Below, one piece after another: positions 9,524-22,000 of a stretch of 64,000 bases of DNA (its first letter is position 1; every line of letters starts with the position of its first letter). The position numbers and the translations under genes are program-made. The notes beneath the pieces were generated by a model. The model saw nothing but the letters and a program-made list of their open reading frames with translations, was not told the DNA's origin and did no database searches. The stretch is from positions 1,899 to 65,898 of IMG/VR virus record IMGVR_UViG_3300042887_002440; one strand, written 5' to 3'. The stretch comes from a virus. Its lineage: Duplodnaviria; Caudoviricetes.

Positions 9524-9922
9524 ATGGATAAAATAAAAAATTTTAGCGGATATACTGACTTAGATTTAACATTTGCTCCTCATCCAGCCAAAAAAGATTT
9601 AATGATTTCAACTGGAGAATTGGCTGTTGTACGAGCATTAAAAAATCTATTATTAACAAATTATTACGAAAAACCATTTCAACCAGAATACGGTTCAAAT
9701 ATTCGTAAATTATTATTTGAACCAATGAGCCCAATAACTTCGTCTGCATTGGCTAAAGAAGTAGAATATGTCATAAAAAACTTTGATCATAGAGTTTCTC
9801 TTAAGTCAGTTAATGTGACAGCTTTATATGACGATAATGTATATCAAGTTACAATATATTTTTATATTGAAAATTTGGTTGAACCATTTACAGCAGACTT
9901 TATCTTGTCTAGATTAAGATAA
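9524..9922 (+). CDS. gp25: Baseplate wedge/sheath initiator gp25
   Basis: YTDLDL.F, KNLLLTN.YEKPF.P.YGS.IR.LLFE motifs. Confidence 0.92.
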   Translation: MDKIKNFSGYTDLDLTFAPHPAKKDLMISTGELAVVRALKNLLLTNYYEKPFQPEYGSNIRKLLFEPMSPITSSALAKEVEYVIKNFDHRVSLKSVNVTALYDDNVYQVTIYFYIENLVEPFTADFILSRLR

Positions 9923-9956
9923 AATAAATATTATTAAAAGGATTTAGGGGATAATA

Positions 9957-11993
9957 ATGGCTAATGCCAATTCATCAATTAATATTGCAGAATTAGATTT
10001 TGATGCAATTAAAAATAATTTTAAAAATTACTTAAGAGGTCAAGATAAATTTTCAGATTTTGACTTTGAAAGTTCAGTTATTTCTACTGTATTAGATTTA
10101 TTATCTTATAATACTCATTATAATGCATATTATCTAAACATGGTTGCAAATGAAGCATTTTTAGATACAGCAGTAAAAAGAAGCTCAGTAGTTTCTCATG
10201 CAAAACTTTTAAATTATGTACCATCATCTAAAAGAGCATCAAAAGCTATTTTGGATATAAAATTTAATGGTACAACTGCACCAAATTTAACAATTCCGAA
10301 ATATACAAAATTCTATTCTCAAGCAATAGACAACGTAAATTACCCTTTTGTTACACTGGAATCAGTAACAGTAACAGCAACGGGTAATTATGCGCAATTT
10401 TACAGTATTCCTTTATATCAAGGACAACCAGTAAAATACACATATCAAGTTAATACAATGCAAAATCCATCTGGAATTTATTCTATTCCAGATGATAGTG
10501 TAGATACAACGACGTTGCAAGTATTGGTTTATGATAGTACACAATCTACAGTTTTTACTAAATTTGAGCTTGCTTCTAATCACCTGTTACTAAACGAACA
10601 ATCTCCCGTATATTTTATACAAGAAGGCTTAGATGGCAATTTTGAAATATATTTTGGTGATGGAATTTTAGGTAAAGCACTAAAAACTGGAAATGTTATT
10701 ACAGTTGAATATCTTGTTACTAATGGAATGGATCCTAATGGCGCATATAAATTCACGCTAATGGATAAAATAGGTAATTATAATGGCGTTGTTATTAACA
10801 ATGTTATTCCTGCTTTTGGTGGGCAAGAAAAAGAATCTATCCAGTCAATAAAATTTTCAGCTCCAAAGGCATATTCTTCTCAAAATAGAGCAGTAACTAA
10901 ATCCGATTATTTAGAGTTATTAAAAAGAGATAATTCTATAATTCCAATTCAGGCTGTTAATGTTTGGGGTGGAGAAGATGTAGATCCTCCTCAATATGGA
11001 AAAATGTTTATTTGCGTCAAACCCAATGGTGGATATACACTAACGGCATCACAAAAATATAGATTAATAAACGAATATATTAAACCATTTAGTATGATTA
11101 CGATTAATCCAGAAATTGTTGATGTAGATTATACGTTTATAAAAATAACTAATAATATACTTTTCGATAAAAATAAATCTATCTTTGATTCTGCTCAATT
11201 ATCGAGTTTGATAAAGTTAGGAGTTTTGGATTTTTGTAATAGAACATTAAATACATTCGACTCTGTATTTGTTTTACCAGATTTAATAACAACGGTGAAA
11301 TCTATTGATGCGTCAATAATAAGTTCGGAATCTAACATACAAATACAAAAGAAGTTTACTCCAATATTTAGAACTACTAATTCAAATACATTTAATTTTG
11401 AAACTACAATACAAAAAGGTTCTCTGGATAGCGATTACTTTGATTACGTTGATGAGTCTGGAATTATACACACATCATTAAAAATAGAAGAATCCCCAGT
11501 TGTATCTAATGTTATAGATTCAATACAAGTAATAAGTGGTGGTATGGGGTATGTTTCTACTCCATTAGTTTCAATTTATGGAGATGGAACTGGAGCATTA
11601 GCTACAGCAGAAGTTACTAATGGCGTAATTAAAAAAATTACTGTAGTTTCTCCTGGAAATAATTATACACAAGCAATTGCTGTTATTATTGGTGATGGAT
11701 CTGGAGCAATTGCTATTCCAGTTTTAACCGGAAATAAAGTTACATTACGAAGCTATTATTACGCAAATAATGTAAAAACTGTTGTGCAAGAAAATATTGG
11801 TGAAATAAATTATTCTGCTGGAACAGTGTATCTTACTAATTTTATTCCATACAATATAAATAATGTATTAGGGCAATTCTCTATAACTGTATCTCCTAAA
11901 TCCACTATATTTTCATCAACAAAAGATAAAATAATAACATTGGATATAATGGATGATTCGTCGATAATAACTAATATACAGACGAAAGCGTAA
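9957..11993 (+). CDS. gp6: Baseplate wedge subunit gp6
   Basis: LDFD.IK, DFDFE.S, LDLLSYNTHYNAYY.NM, YFGDG..G, QNRAVT..DY and WGGED motifs. Confidence 0.93.
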   Translation: MANANSSINIAELDFDAIKNNFKNYLRGQDKFSDFDFESSVISTVLDLLSYNTHYNAYYLNMVANEAFLDTAVKRSSVVSHAKLLNYVPSSKRASKAILDIKFNGTTAPNLTIPKYTKFYSQAIDNVNYPFVTLESVTVTATGNYAQFYSIPLYQGQPVKYTYQVNTMQNPSGIYSIPDDSVDTTTLQVLVYDSTQSTVFTKFELASNHLLLNEQSPVYFIQEGLDGNFEIYFGDGILGKALKTGNVITVEYLVTNGMDPNGAYKFTLMDKIGNYNGVVINNVIPAFGGQEKESIQSIKFSAPKAYSSQNRAVTKSDYLELLKRDNSIIPIQAVNVWGGEDVDPPQYGKMFICVKPNGGYTLTASQKYRLINEYIKPFSMITINPEIVDVDYTFIKITNNILFDKNKSIFDSAQLSSLIKLGVLDFCNRTLNTFDSVFVLPDLITTVKSIDASIISSESNIQIQKKFTPIFRTTNSNTFNFETTIQKGSLDSDYFDYVDESGIIHTSLKIEESPVVSNVIDSIQVISGGMGYVSTPLVSIYGDGTGALATAEVTNGVIKKITVVSPGNNYTQAIAVIIGDGSGAIAIPVLTGNKVTLRSYYYANNVKTVVQENIGEINYSAGTVYLTNFIPYNINNVLGQFSITVSPKSTIFSSTKDKIITLDIMDDSSIITNIQTKA

Positions 11994-14707
11994 TGTCAAT
12001 TAGATATTCTACAATTTTTGAACACAAACTTCCTGCTTTTATCAGGGACGACCCATCATACACAAGATTTATTCAATTTTTTGATGCATACTATGAGTGG
12101 TTTGACGACACTTATGATATTTATGGTTTAGGGGATAAATTAGATATAGATTCTGGATTTAATGAATTTTATGCATATTATGCGCAAGATTTTTTACCAA
12201 ATTTTCCAGATATTGATACTATTGCCACTGATAAAGTAAAATTAATAAAAATAGCAAAAGAATTATATAAATCCAAAGGTATTCCAGACTCATTTAAATT
12301 TTTATTCAAAGCATTATACAATTCTAATGTAGAAATACAAGAAACTAGTAAATTTATTTTAAGGGCAAGTGACGGTAAATGGATTGCACCGAAATCAATT
12401 AAAATAAAATCTACTGATCAAGTTTTTCTTAATATTGATAACTTTAAAGTATTAGGCGAAATTTCCAAATCTGTTGGTACAATAGAAAAAAGTGTTGTTC
12501 ATGGAAAATATATTCAGATTTACTTATCTAATATAAGAAGATTATTCTCATCTGGTGAACCAATTAGAATTTTAGATTATGATGATAAAGACGTATATTT
12601 TATAAATGGTAAATATGCACCATACGAAAAAACTCCACCAATTGGAGGCATACTTTTAACTTCAAAAATTATAGGATCTTTATCTAGTATTGATATAAAT
12701 CCGTCTAGAAGAGGAGCATATTATCGCACTGGAGATCCAGTTGTAATTACTGGCGGATTATCAAAATATATTACAGATCCAATTGGCGCAACTGCATATG
12801 TTTCTGAAGTAACAACAGGCAGAATAACAAATATATTAATTAATAATGGTGGATATGGATTTACTGTATCTCCAAATTCTATAATTGATGTTGTTAAATC
12901 TGATGGAGAAGTTGATCCAAATGCTAGCTGTATTGTTTCCTTTGTAGATGAAACAAAACCGGCAAATGTTGCTTATATTTCAAACGATTGTATTGAAGAA
13001 AATTTATTTACTGAATTAGATAGTGTTAATTATAATTTTTCTTTTCCTGCAGATATAGATACAAAATTAGAAGATTGCTTTTCATTTTTAACATACCCAA
13101 CATATCCAATCGTTGGCGTAACTGTAGTTAATGGCGGTGGTGGCTATGATGCTATACCATCTATACAATTTCATTCAACTTTCAAAGCAAATACAGTAAA
13201 TCAATATACAGAATTCTTAGAAGATTTAGGTATGTTAGCTCCAATACAAATAAATGATGGAGGACAAAATTATACTTTAGATGATACTATAACTGTTTCT
13301 GGTGGAGGAGGGTTTTATGCATTTGCTCAAATACATAGCGTTGACGAAGATGGAGCAATATCAAAAGTAGAGTATTATTATAACCCTAATATTCCATATG
13401 GTATCGGTGGCATGGGATATTCAAATGATAACCTACCTACAATAATCGTAAATTCTTTAACCGGATCTGGTGCAAATTTATCTGTTCCTGGTATTTTAAG
13501 TAGTGGCGTAAAATATTCCATGGAAACCGATAAAATTGGAGCAATAACTAAAATTACATTAAGCGAAAATGGAGAAGATTATATCTCTGCTCCAAACGTT
13601 TCCCTTAGAATGCAAGATATTGTTATTACTGGGCTAAATATTGATACAATAGAAAACTCAACCTCTCTTTTATATCAAGGAACTTTACAAAATCAAACAT
13701 TTTATGGCAATATCAGTTCAATAACTCCTATTTCATATAACGCAATAACAGACGTAGAACTATTTTCTATTAGAGTTTATGATTACAAAGGCGTTATTGA
13801 TCCAGTTTCGTCTATTAATGTTTACAGCACAATCACTGAAACATCAACTCATGAGCTGAGTTTAGATTCGACATATTCAACAGATCCATATACTAATGGT
13901 ATAAAAATGTATGGGGATGGAACTGCGTTGGCATCAGCTAAATTTTTAAATGGATTGATAGAAGATGCAGGAAGATATTTAAATACAGATGGACAACCAT
14001 CTGCTCATTCCGTTCTACAGAGTGATATATACAATTTATCTACATACATATTGTCAACAGAAAAAGATTATAGTGCGTATAAAGATGTAGTTAAAAACTT
14101 ATTACATCCTATTGGCACACAAATTATAACTAGAAATTTAATAAAATCAAATACTGAATTAAAATCAACGCCAAATACTGTGTTAAATGATGGTATTAAT
14201 AGAAGTAATGTTATGGCTGTGTTAAAATTAACAGATCCAACTAATTATAATTTCTCAAATACATTATCAATGCGATTTGAAAGTTTAGATGTTGAAATAA
14301 CTAATTTATTTGCTGTAAATGATAGAATAGCAATTTCTGAAAGTAATTTTTATGTGTATTCAACCATTTCTAACATTAATGAAACCAGTAATGAAATAAC
14401 ATTATCAGATTATATTCAATACAAATTTCCTAATGTGTACAATGGATATACTAGTTCAAACTCTATTGCTGTATTACTTAACAATTACAAAAGTAGTAGA
14501 TATGATATTTTATCTTTAGTTGGTATTGGGGATATAATAGATATGGGAACAAATATTGATAGTATAGTTACTGGAATTGATACAGATAACAATATACTGT
14601 ATTTTGCCAACGATTTAAATCAGAGCGGTTCTAGAGCAGTTACAGCAAATATTTCTGTAACTAAAGAATTGGTTTCTAATAACATTACAATTTTTAAAAC
14701 GGTGTAA
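11993..14707 (+). CDS. gp7: Baseplate wedge subunit gp7-like
   Basis: LP.FIR, F..AYYEW, YKSKG...SFKFLF..LY, RASDGKW and HPIG motifs; lies between gp6 and gp8. Confidence 0.75.
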   Translation: MSIRYSTIFEHKLPAFIRDDPSYTRFIQFFDAYYEWFDDTYDIYGLGDKLDIDSGFNEFYAYYAQDFLPNFPDIDTIATDKVKLIKIAKELYKSKGIPDSFKFLFKALYNSNVEIQETSKFILRASDGKWIAPKSIKIKSTDQVFLNIDNFKVLGEISKSVGTIEKSVVHGKYIQIYLSNIRRLFSSGEPIRILDYDDKDVYFINGKYAPYEKTPPIGGILLTSKIIGSLSSIDINPSRRGAYYRTGDPVVITGGLSKYITDPIGATAYVSEVTTGRITNILINNGGYGFTVSPNSIIDVVKSDGEVDPNASCIVSFVDETKPANVAYISNDCIEENLFTELDSVNYNFSFPADIDTKLEDCFSFLTYPTYPIVGVTVVNGGGGYDAIPSIQFHSTFKANTVNQYTEFLEDLGMLAPIQINDGGQNYTLDDTITVSGGGGFYAFAQIHSVDEDGAISKVEYYYNPNIPYGIGGMGYSNDNLPTIIVNSLTGSGANLSVPGILSSGVKYSMETDKIGAITKITLSENGEDYISAPNVSLRMQDIVITGLNIDTIENSTSLLYQGTLQNQTFYGNISSITPISYNAITDVELFSIRVYDYKGVIDPVSSINVYSTITETSTHELSLDSTYSTDPYTNGIKMYGDGTALASAKFLNGLIEDAGRYLNTDGQPSAHSVLQSDIYNLSTYILSTEKDYSAYKDVVKNLLHPIGTQIITRNLIKSNTELKSTPNTVLNDGINRSNVMAVLKLTDPTNYNFSNTLSMRFESLDVEITNLFAVNDRIAISESNFYVYSTISNINETSNEITLSDYIQYKFPNVYNGYTSSNSIAVLLNNYKSSRYDILSLVGIGDIIDMGTNIDSIVTGIDTDNNILYFANDLNQSGSRAVTANISVTKELVSNNITIFKTV

Positions 14708-14709
14708 AT

Positions 14710-16074
14710 ATGATTAATGGTTTAGTCCCGCATTCTGGGTACTCTGAAGAACTTTTAAAATACTACTATTCTCCAAACTTAGTATTAAAAAATAGTGGAG
14801 ACGAGTTCTTAAATTTATATTGCTTTATTGCAAAAATTGACCCATGGGATGATGAAAATAATCCCCCTGTTCCTGTGGACTCAGATTATTATTTAAAATC
14901 TATTACTAGAAATTTGGTGGCTCTAAAAAGAATAAACACTAACGATATTTGTCCAGTTATAAAAAGAATAGATTGGACATATGGGGTAATTTATAACCAA
15001 TATGCATCAAACGTAGCAGGAAATACCAATTATTATGTTAGAAATTCTTACGATCAAATATTTAAATGTTTATCTAATGGAACAACAGAAACATCAACAG
15101 CCGGATCGCAATCAATTAGACAACCAATAATTGATTTTACCACGAATTTTGTTAGTGATGTAATTGATACTGATGATGGATACAAATGGAAATATTTATA
15201 TACTATAGATCCTGGAGTCAAAGTAAAGTTTTTTGATGATAATTGGATGCCAATATCTATTACAACCCATAGAGAATCAATTTCAACAAGTAAGGTTGGA
15301 TTTGGCGAAGTTTCAGTAATTAACATATATAATGGCGGTGATGATTATACTGATGATATTGGAAAAAATACAACAACTACAATAAAAATTACTGGAGATG
15401 GCACAGGAGCTGCAGCAGCAGCCATTATTGACAATAATACAGCAATAAAAATTGTAATGGCAAATACTGGTTCTGGATATACTTATGCAACAGCAGAACT
15501 TATACCATCTTCCGGTTATGCTGGTAGTGGAGCAATATTAATTCCGGAAGTTTCTCCAATAGGCGGTCACGGTCACAACCTTATAGCTGAATTAGGTTGC
15601 AAAGCTGTTATGGTTACTGCTGAATTTAACGGGTCAGAAACTGGTGTATTACCAACAGATATTGATTATAGACAAATTGGTTTGATTGCTAATCCTGAAA
15701 TAGAACTTAATGGAAAAGCTATTTTCGCAAATTCTTCTATTTACAAAGCAACTCATGATGTAACAGTTTCTAATGGGTCTGGCATTTATGAACAAGACGA
15801 AATAGTATTCCAAGGAACTAGAGATAATCCGTCATATTCAGGTAAAGTTTTAAATTTTGATAGAGCAAATAATTTATTGTACCTTATAAATACTCAAGGA
15901 ACTATAAAGTTATTTGATGGAATATATGGTACACAAGCATCAAGAATTGCACTACAAGAAGTTATAGAACAAATTATACCATATTCCGGAAATATACTTT
16001 ATATCGAAAACAGAACAAAAGCACAAAGAAATCCTTCTGGGCTAGAACAATTTAGATTAACACTTAATTATTAG
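14710..16074 (+). CDS. gp8: Baseplate wedge subunit gp8
   Basis: PW.DE..PP.P, RIDW..G..Y, FKCLSN, DGYKWKYLYTI, P.GGHG and DYRQIGLI.NP motifs. Confidence 0.88.
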   Translation: MINGLVPHSGYSEELLKYYYSPNLVLKNSGDEFLNLYCFIAKIDPWDDENNPPVPVDSDYYLKSITRNLVALKRINTNDICPVIKRIDWTYGVIYNQYASNVAGNTNYYVRNSYDQIFKCLSNGTTETSTAGSQSIRQPIIDFTTNFVSDVIDTDDGYKWKYLYTIDPGVKVKFFDDNWMPISITTHRESISTSKVGFGEVSVINIYNGGDDYTDDIGKNTTTTIKITGDGTGAAAAAIIDNNTAIKIVMANTGSGYTYATAELIPSSGYAGSGAILIPEVSPIGGHGHNLIAELGCKAVMVTAEFNGSETGVLPTDIDYRQIGLIANPEIELNGKAIFANSSIYKATHDVTVSNGSGIYEQDEIVFQGTRDNPSYSGKVLNFDRANNLLYLINTQGTIKLFDGIYGTQASRIALQEVIEQIIPYSGNILYIENRTKAQRNPSGLEQFRLTLNY

Positions 16075-16086
16075 GTTTAAAAAAAG

Positions 16087-19000
16087 ATGCTAAATTTTAA
16101 TGTACATCCATACTATGATGATTTTAACGAAGATAAGAATTTTCACAGAATTTTATTTAAGCCTGGAGTAGCTGTCCAAGCAAGAGAGCTAACTCAAGCA
16201 CAAACTATTCTTCAAGATCAAATAGGAAAATTAGGAAAATTTGTTTTATCAGATGGTTCTAATGTCACAGGCGGAAAATATTCTATTGATACTAATGTCA
16301 GATCTTTAAATATCGCTAATGTAGGTACAATTGCAGATGATATTTTAAATTTTGATGGTATGGTAGTTGTTGGAGAGAATTCTCTTAGCGTGAGTTTAAT
16401 TGTTTCTGTTGATATTTTAAACTTTTATCTTGTTGTAAAACCAATAACTAATGCAGTAAGCAAATATCAATCAGGGGAAACTCTATTAATATTTTCAACA
16501 AAAGAATTGGCGTATGATTATTTAACTAATAATTTAATCCAACCAGATTATACTGCAACATTATTTACAGAGCCTACTCCATTTTCTGTTTCATTAAGCG
16601 GAACTAGATATTCAACAATATTAACTGGAGTTCCGGTTAGTGTTAAAGTTGGCGATACTTTATCTGCAAATTATAATACAGCAACTCAAACTGATTATAT
16701 CGTAACAGAAAAACTTGCGGATACCAATGGCTCTGTTATTGTTAATAGACAACTAACAGAAGATTATGTAAGTAAAACATTTACAGTATTACAATATGCA
16801 TCAAAAACAGTACAAGAAGTTAGCTTTTCTGAGGGTGTTTATTTTACAAACAACACGTTTGTAAAAGCATTGCCACAAAGTATAGTTCCGAATTCAGCAA
16901 CACAATACCCAAGTTGTGTAGTTGGATATGAAGTTGTCGAAACAATTTTAGATTATGTTGATGATCCATCATTATTAGATCCAGCACAAGGTTCATACAA
17001 CTATACAGCTCCTGGATCAGATAGATATAAAATTTATTTAAACTTAGTATCTAAACCATTAGTTTATGGGACAATAGAACAATCATCGTTAACTACAGCT
17101 AAATTTATTGAATTATTAAGATTAAAAAATGGCGTTATTGTTTCAGATAATACTAGTCCAGTTTTAGGCGGATTGCAAGAAATACTTGCAAAACAAATGT
17201 ATGATCACGCAGGTAATTTTATTATTTCTCCATTCACAATTTCATTTAATAATTCTGATTTTAGAAATAATGAAACTATGTTAAATTGTAGCGTTGCTGC
17301 AGGAAGAGCATACGTTTATGGATATCCATACAATGCAACATTCCCTACAAATTTAACAAATATTACTAAAGCAAGAGAAACTGCGTCAGAATCAAATGTT
17401 ATCACTAATACAAATTATGGTAATTTCATAAAAGTAAAAAGTCTATCTGGTGGATTACCGTATCCAAAATTAGGAACAAAGGTAGAATTTTTTGCAAATA
17501 CAAAAACTCAGATATCTGATGCAGGTAAATTAGGATTTGGTTACATAAGAAATATGGATTTTATTGATACAGATAACTACGGGTTATATTTGTACGATTC
17601 AAGCATTTCACAAAAAGAAATGTTAAAAATTAAATCTGTAAAAGCTGTTGGTGGTTTCCTAGCGAATACAATACTATCAACAACAGGAACAACTGAAGTT
17701 CAAGATACAAATTCAAATAAATTATTATTTAAATTAAAATATTCAAATCCAGCATCATTATCAAATGTATTGGTAACTTTAGATTCATTTGTTCAAGATT
17801 TACAAGTTACAACAAATAAAGCATATATTATAACAGATAGCCCAACTATTAATTTTGCTACTGGAACATCAACAGATTTATCTTTAGAATTAAAAAATCA
17901 AAATTATATTGTTGTTGCAAAAACTGCCGTTGATGGATATACAGTTGGTCAATATATTGATTTATCTCATGTTAAAATTAAAATTGAAGATATTACAACT
18001 GGATATAAAACAACTATTGAATTTTTAACTGGATATGAATATTCGGGTAAAATTGATGTAAAATATAGTTTATCGTATACAAACGCAACTAAAAAACAAA
18101 AAACATTAGTACAAAATAAAGTTGCACAAGTTACAGCAAAAACTGTTCCAACAAATATCGGTTATGCTGATGTTGTTAAATTTAAAGGTATATTTGCAGC
18201 TTCAACTCCGGTAACAAGCTTTTCTAGTTCTGCATGGAATTCTTCAACATCATATACGAAAGGAACTGTTGTACCATTTAGCGAAAAATTATATATAGCT
18301 GTTAGCGATAATACAGGTCAAGATCCATCAAGAGGATCGTCATATTGGAATCAATTGAATGATGTGACAAAACAATATAAAACTGATAATGGTCAACGCG
18401 AATATATGTATGATCATGCAACTATTACAGCACAAACTTCAAATTTTGCAAAAACTGTTTTTGTATTGTTTGATTATTTTACACATTCAGAAAATGGTCA
18501 ATATATTGCTTTTGATTCATATTCAATGGATTATAAAGATATTCCTGTCGTAAAAATCAATAATATTTCATATGAATTAAAAAATTATATTGATTTTAGA
18601 CCAAGAAAAAAAGATATTACTAATAATGTTATTACTGGAGAATTTAATTCATATAATATTCCATCTTCTATAACTAATTCTTCATTGAAATATAATATGA
18701 CTTATTATATGGGAAGAATTGATAAATTAATTTTATCTCATGATAGAAAATTACAGTGGTTGACTGGCAAATCTTCGTATAGAAATTATATTCCGCCACG
18801 AGATTTACCTGACGCAATGACTATTGCGACAATTCAATTTGATCCATTTACACCAGATCTAAAATCTATAAAAATAAACTACGAAAAACACCGTAGATAT
18901 ACTATGGATGATATTGGTGGATTAGAAGAACGCATTCAAAATGTTGAATATTATACTGCATTAACTATTGGCGAGAAATCTGCACTAAGCACTAATATCA

Positions 19001-22000
19001 TTGATCAGTATGGAACAAGATTAAAAAATGGATTTATTGTTGATTCGTTTACTAATTTTACTATTTGCGATATCCAGAATCGTAATAATACATTTTCTAT
19101 TGATTTAGATAAAAACGAAGCTACAGCTTCGTTTAAAGATAAAACATTCAATTTAACTACATCTGTATCTTCTTCTGGATTATTAGATCTTAGAAGAAAT
19201 AAATTAGTTGGGTTTACATACGAACAAGTTCCATTAGTAACACAAACAGCTGCAACTTCGTATATAAAAATAAATCAATTTAATGCAATATCTTATCTTG
19301 GTTCTATGGAATTAGACCCTCAAAAAGATATATACACTGATGTTGTTTCAACCGTAAACAAAATTGATGAAAATACTACAGCATTTATGAATGCTTCTGA
19401 AATTCCAGGAATATTATTAGATTCTACTGGATTGTTACGTCAAGAAACAAGTAAAATTTATTCAGTTACGGATAATTCTCAACCGGCAACTAAAGTAAAT
19501 ATTAATAACGATACATATACAATAACAGCATCAACAAAAAAACTTAGAGAAGATACTGCTGAAGTTGCATTAACTACAAACATACACCCAACAACTAGAT
19601 CTATTCATATAAATTTTTTAGCAAGTGGGTTGGCTCCATTAACTAAAATGTTTGTATATGTTAATGGACAAATGGTAAATGCGTATGTTACCCCACATGA
19701 AAATCCAAAAGGCGCAATCACTACTCTCAATATATTAGATAAAGGTGCTGGATATGGAGCATGTACTTCTCCAACATTAGTAATATCAAATGATACTTCT
19801 AACAACCCAGCTACATTTAAATTAACAACAGATAGCGGTTCTATTAAAACTGCATCCATAGTTAATTTTGGCTCTGATTATTCAACTATGAATACTATTA
19901 TTTCAAGTGTTTCTAGTTCAGTTGTACCTACAGCAAATGCAGATGTTCAAGTATCTACTGTTCCAGTACAAGGTTCGTATTTATATTCAAATAGATCTGG
20001 TATTTGCGGAGGAACCTTAGATTTACCCAATGGTTTGATATCATTTCAAAAGGGTGAATTAGTAATAGCAATAAGCGACACTCCTCATGGCGATTTACAA
20101 AATTCATTGGCATATGCTCATGCAACTTTTTATTCATCGACAAAATATGTGGAAAAAACTATATTTTCAATAAGAGAACCAGTAATATCAAAAGCTGTAG
20201 GAACAATTCAACCACCATTACCATCAAGTGGAAAACGTATTTGCGTTCCAGCAAGCTTGCAATATCTAATATATCATTATGGAAAAACATATGCATCTGA
20301 CGTGCAAAATGGAACCCTTAAAATTCCTGTATATTTAAGCGCTCTTCCAACAAGTGATGTTACAGTAAGATTTTTACCGAATGCTTCTGAAGATAAATCA
20401 CAAGCATCTGCAATAACATCATATTCACCAACAACATTAACTTTTACTGGGTCAAATTGGAATGCGCCACAAGAAGTTTCAATTGCATATAATCTGGGAA
20501 CAAGAAAAGAATATACCGATAGAAATAATGTAAAACAATACTTAGATAATAACTTACCTTCGTATGTTGAATTTTATTCAGAATCGGCTGATCCAGCATA
20601 CAATCATCCAGATACCGCATTACCGTTTAGATCTTGGTTATTACCAAGTCCCGTAATTGGTGTCAGCTCAGTGCATTTATCTCCATATAAAGTGTATGAC
20701 CCTAAAGCTGGACCTTCTGCTGCAACTAGTCCTTTTGTTGATATTACAACTATAGATCAAGCATTTCCTGTTGTTGGCGGAGAAGGATTTATAACAGTAA
20801 CATATGGCGGAGGAAATGATATTGGTTGGTGGAGTCAAACTGCTAATAATCCATATCCATTAACATTTAGTTTTACTACAGATAGTAGTCCTGCAAAAGT
20901 AGAAGCAATTAGATCAGAATATACAGATGTTGATTCTAATGTTGTAAAATCTGGTCCAATATTAATTGTAAATAAACCTGATCATCAAGTTTTATCTTTT
21001 AAATTTTATGTTAGAGGATTAGTAGAAGGAACGACAAATATAACTGTATCTACAATATCAGCATACGCTCCATGGAATGGTTTATCAAAAACTGTTTCTG
21101 TAACTGTAGGCGCAGCATTAACAACTGCAACCCCTGATATAGTTGTGCATAATAATGTTATTGCTTCTACCAAAGAAGGATTACAAGTTAGTGCTCCTAG
21201 AGTAACAAATTCAAAAGGTGGAACTAATATTATTGGCGTAACTCTAAGCACGCAACCGGCATCTGCTGTATCTATTAAAGCAAATTCATCTATTATCCTT
21301 AATGGAGGAAATATCTATAACGTATCCAATAATGGAGTTGAGTTAGTTAGCGGAAATACAATTTCGTTCTCTACTTCTGATTGGAACCAGATGAAATCAA
21401 TTGTTGTTACTGGAACAAACGACCCAACAAATTTTGATAAACAAAATACTATACCATACAACGTTTATTTAAAAGCTACATCTTCTGATGGAAACTATAA
21501 TAATAAAACTAAATCGGTAGAATTAACAAATATAGATTATATCGATATTGCGGGTGAAGTAAAAGTATCTTATGTTAGCAAAAATAACGCAAAATTAATA
21601 ACTTCTAAAGAAACTAAAGTAGTTACTTTACAATTTATATTAAGTAGAAAATTAAATTTTGGACAAGTAGTTAAAGTATTTGTCACATCAGGAAATACTA
21701 CAGAAGGAGGAAATGTTTTATTTGGTGGAAGTGTTGCCACATCAGTAACGCTAACATTTACATATGGAACTGAATTTATTCCTCAATTTGTACAAGTACA
21801 AGGGATAGATATTGAAGGTTCAACTGAAGGAGATATTAATTACAAAATAAATTACGAATCTCAAGAATGGAATACTGTTACTAATGCTAAATTAGTTCCT
21901 TCTGAATGGAATGGAACAGGTTCAATTGATGCAACAAATCATAAATATGGTACTCCAACTACTATTAAAGAAGTATATAATGATTTTTCAACAAGAACAG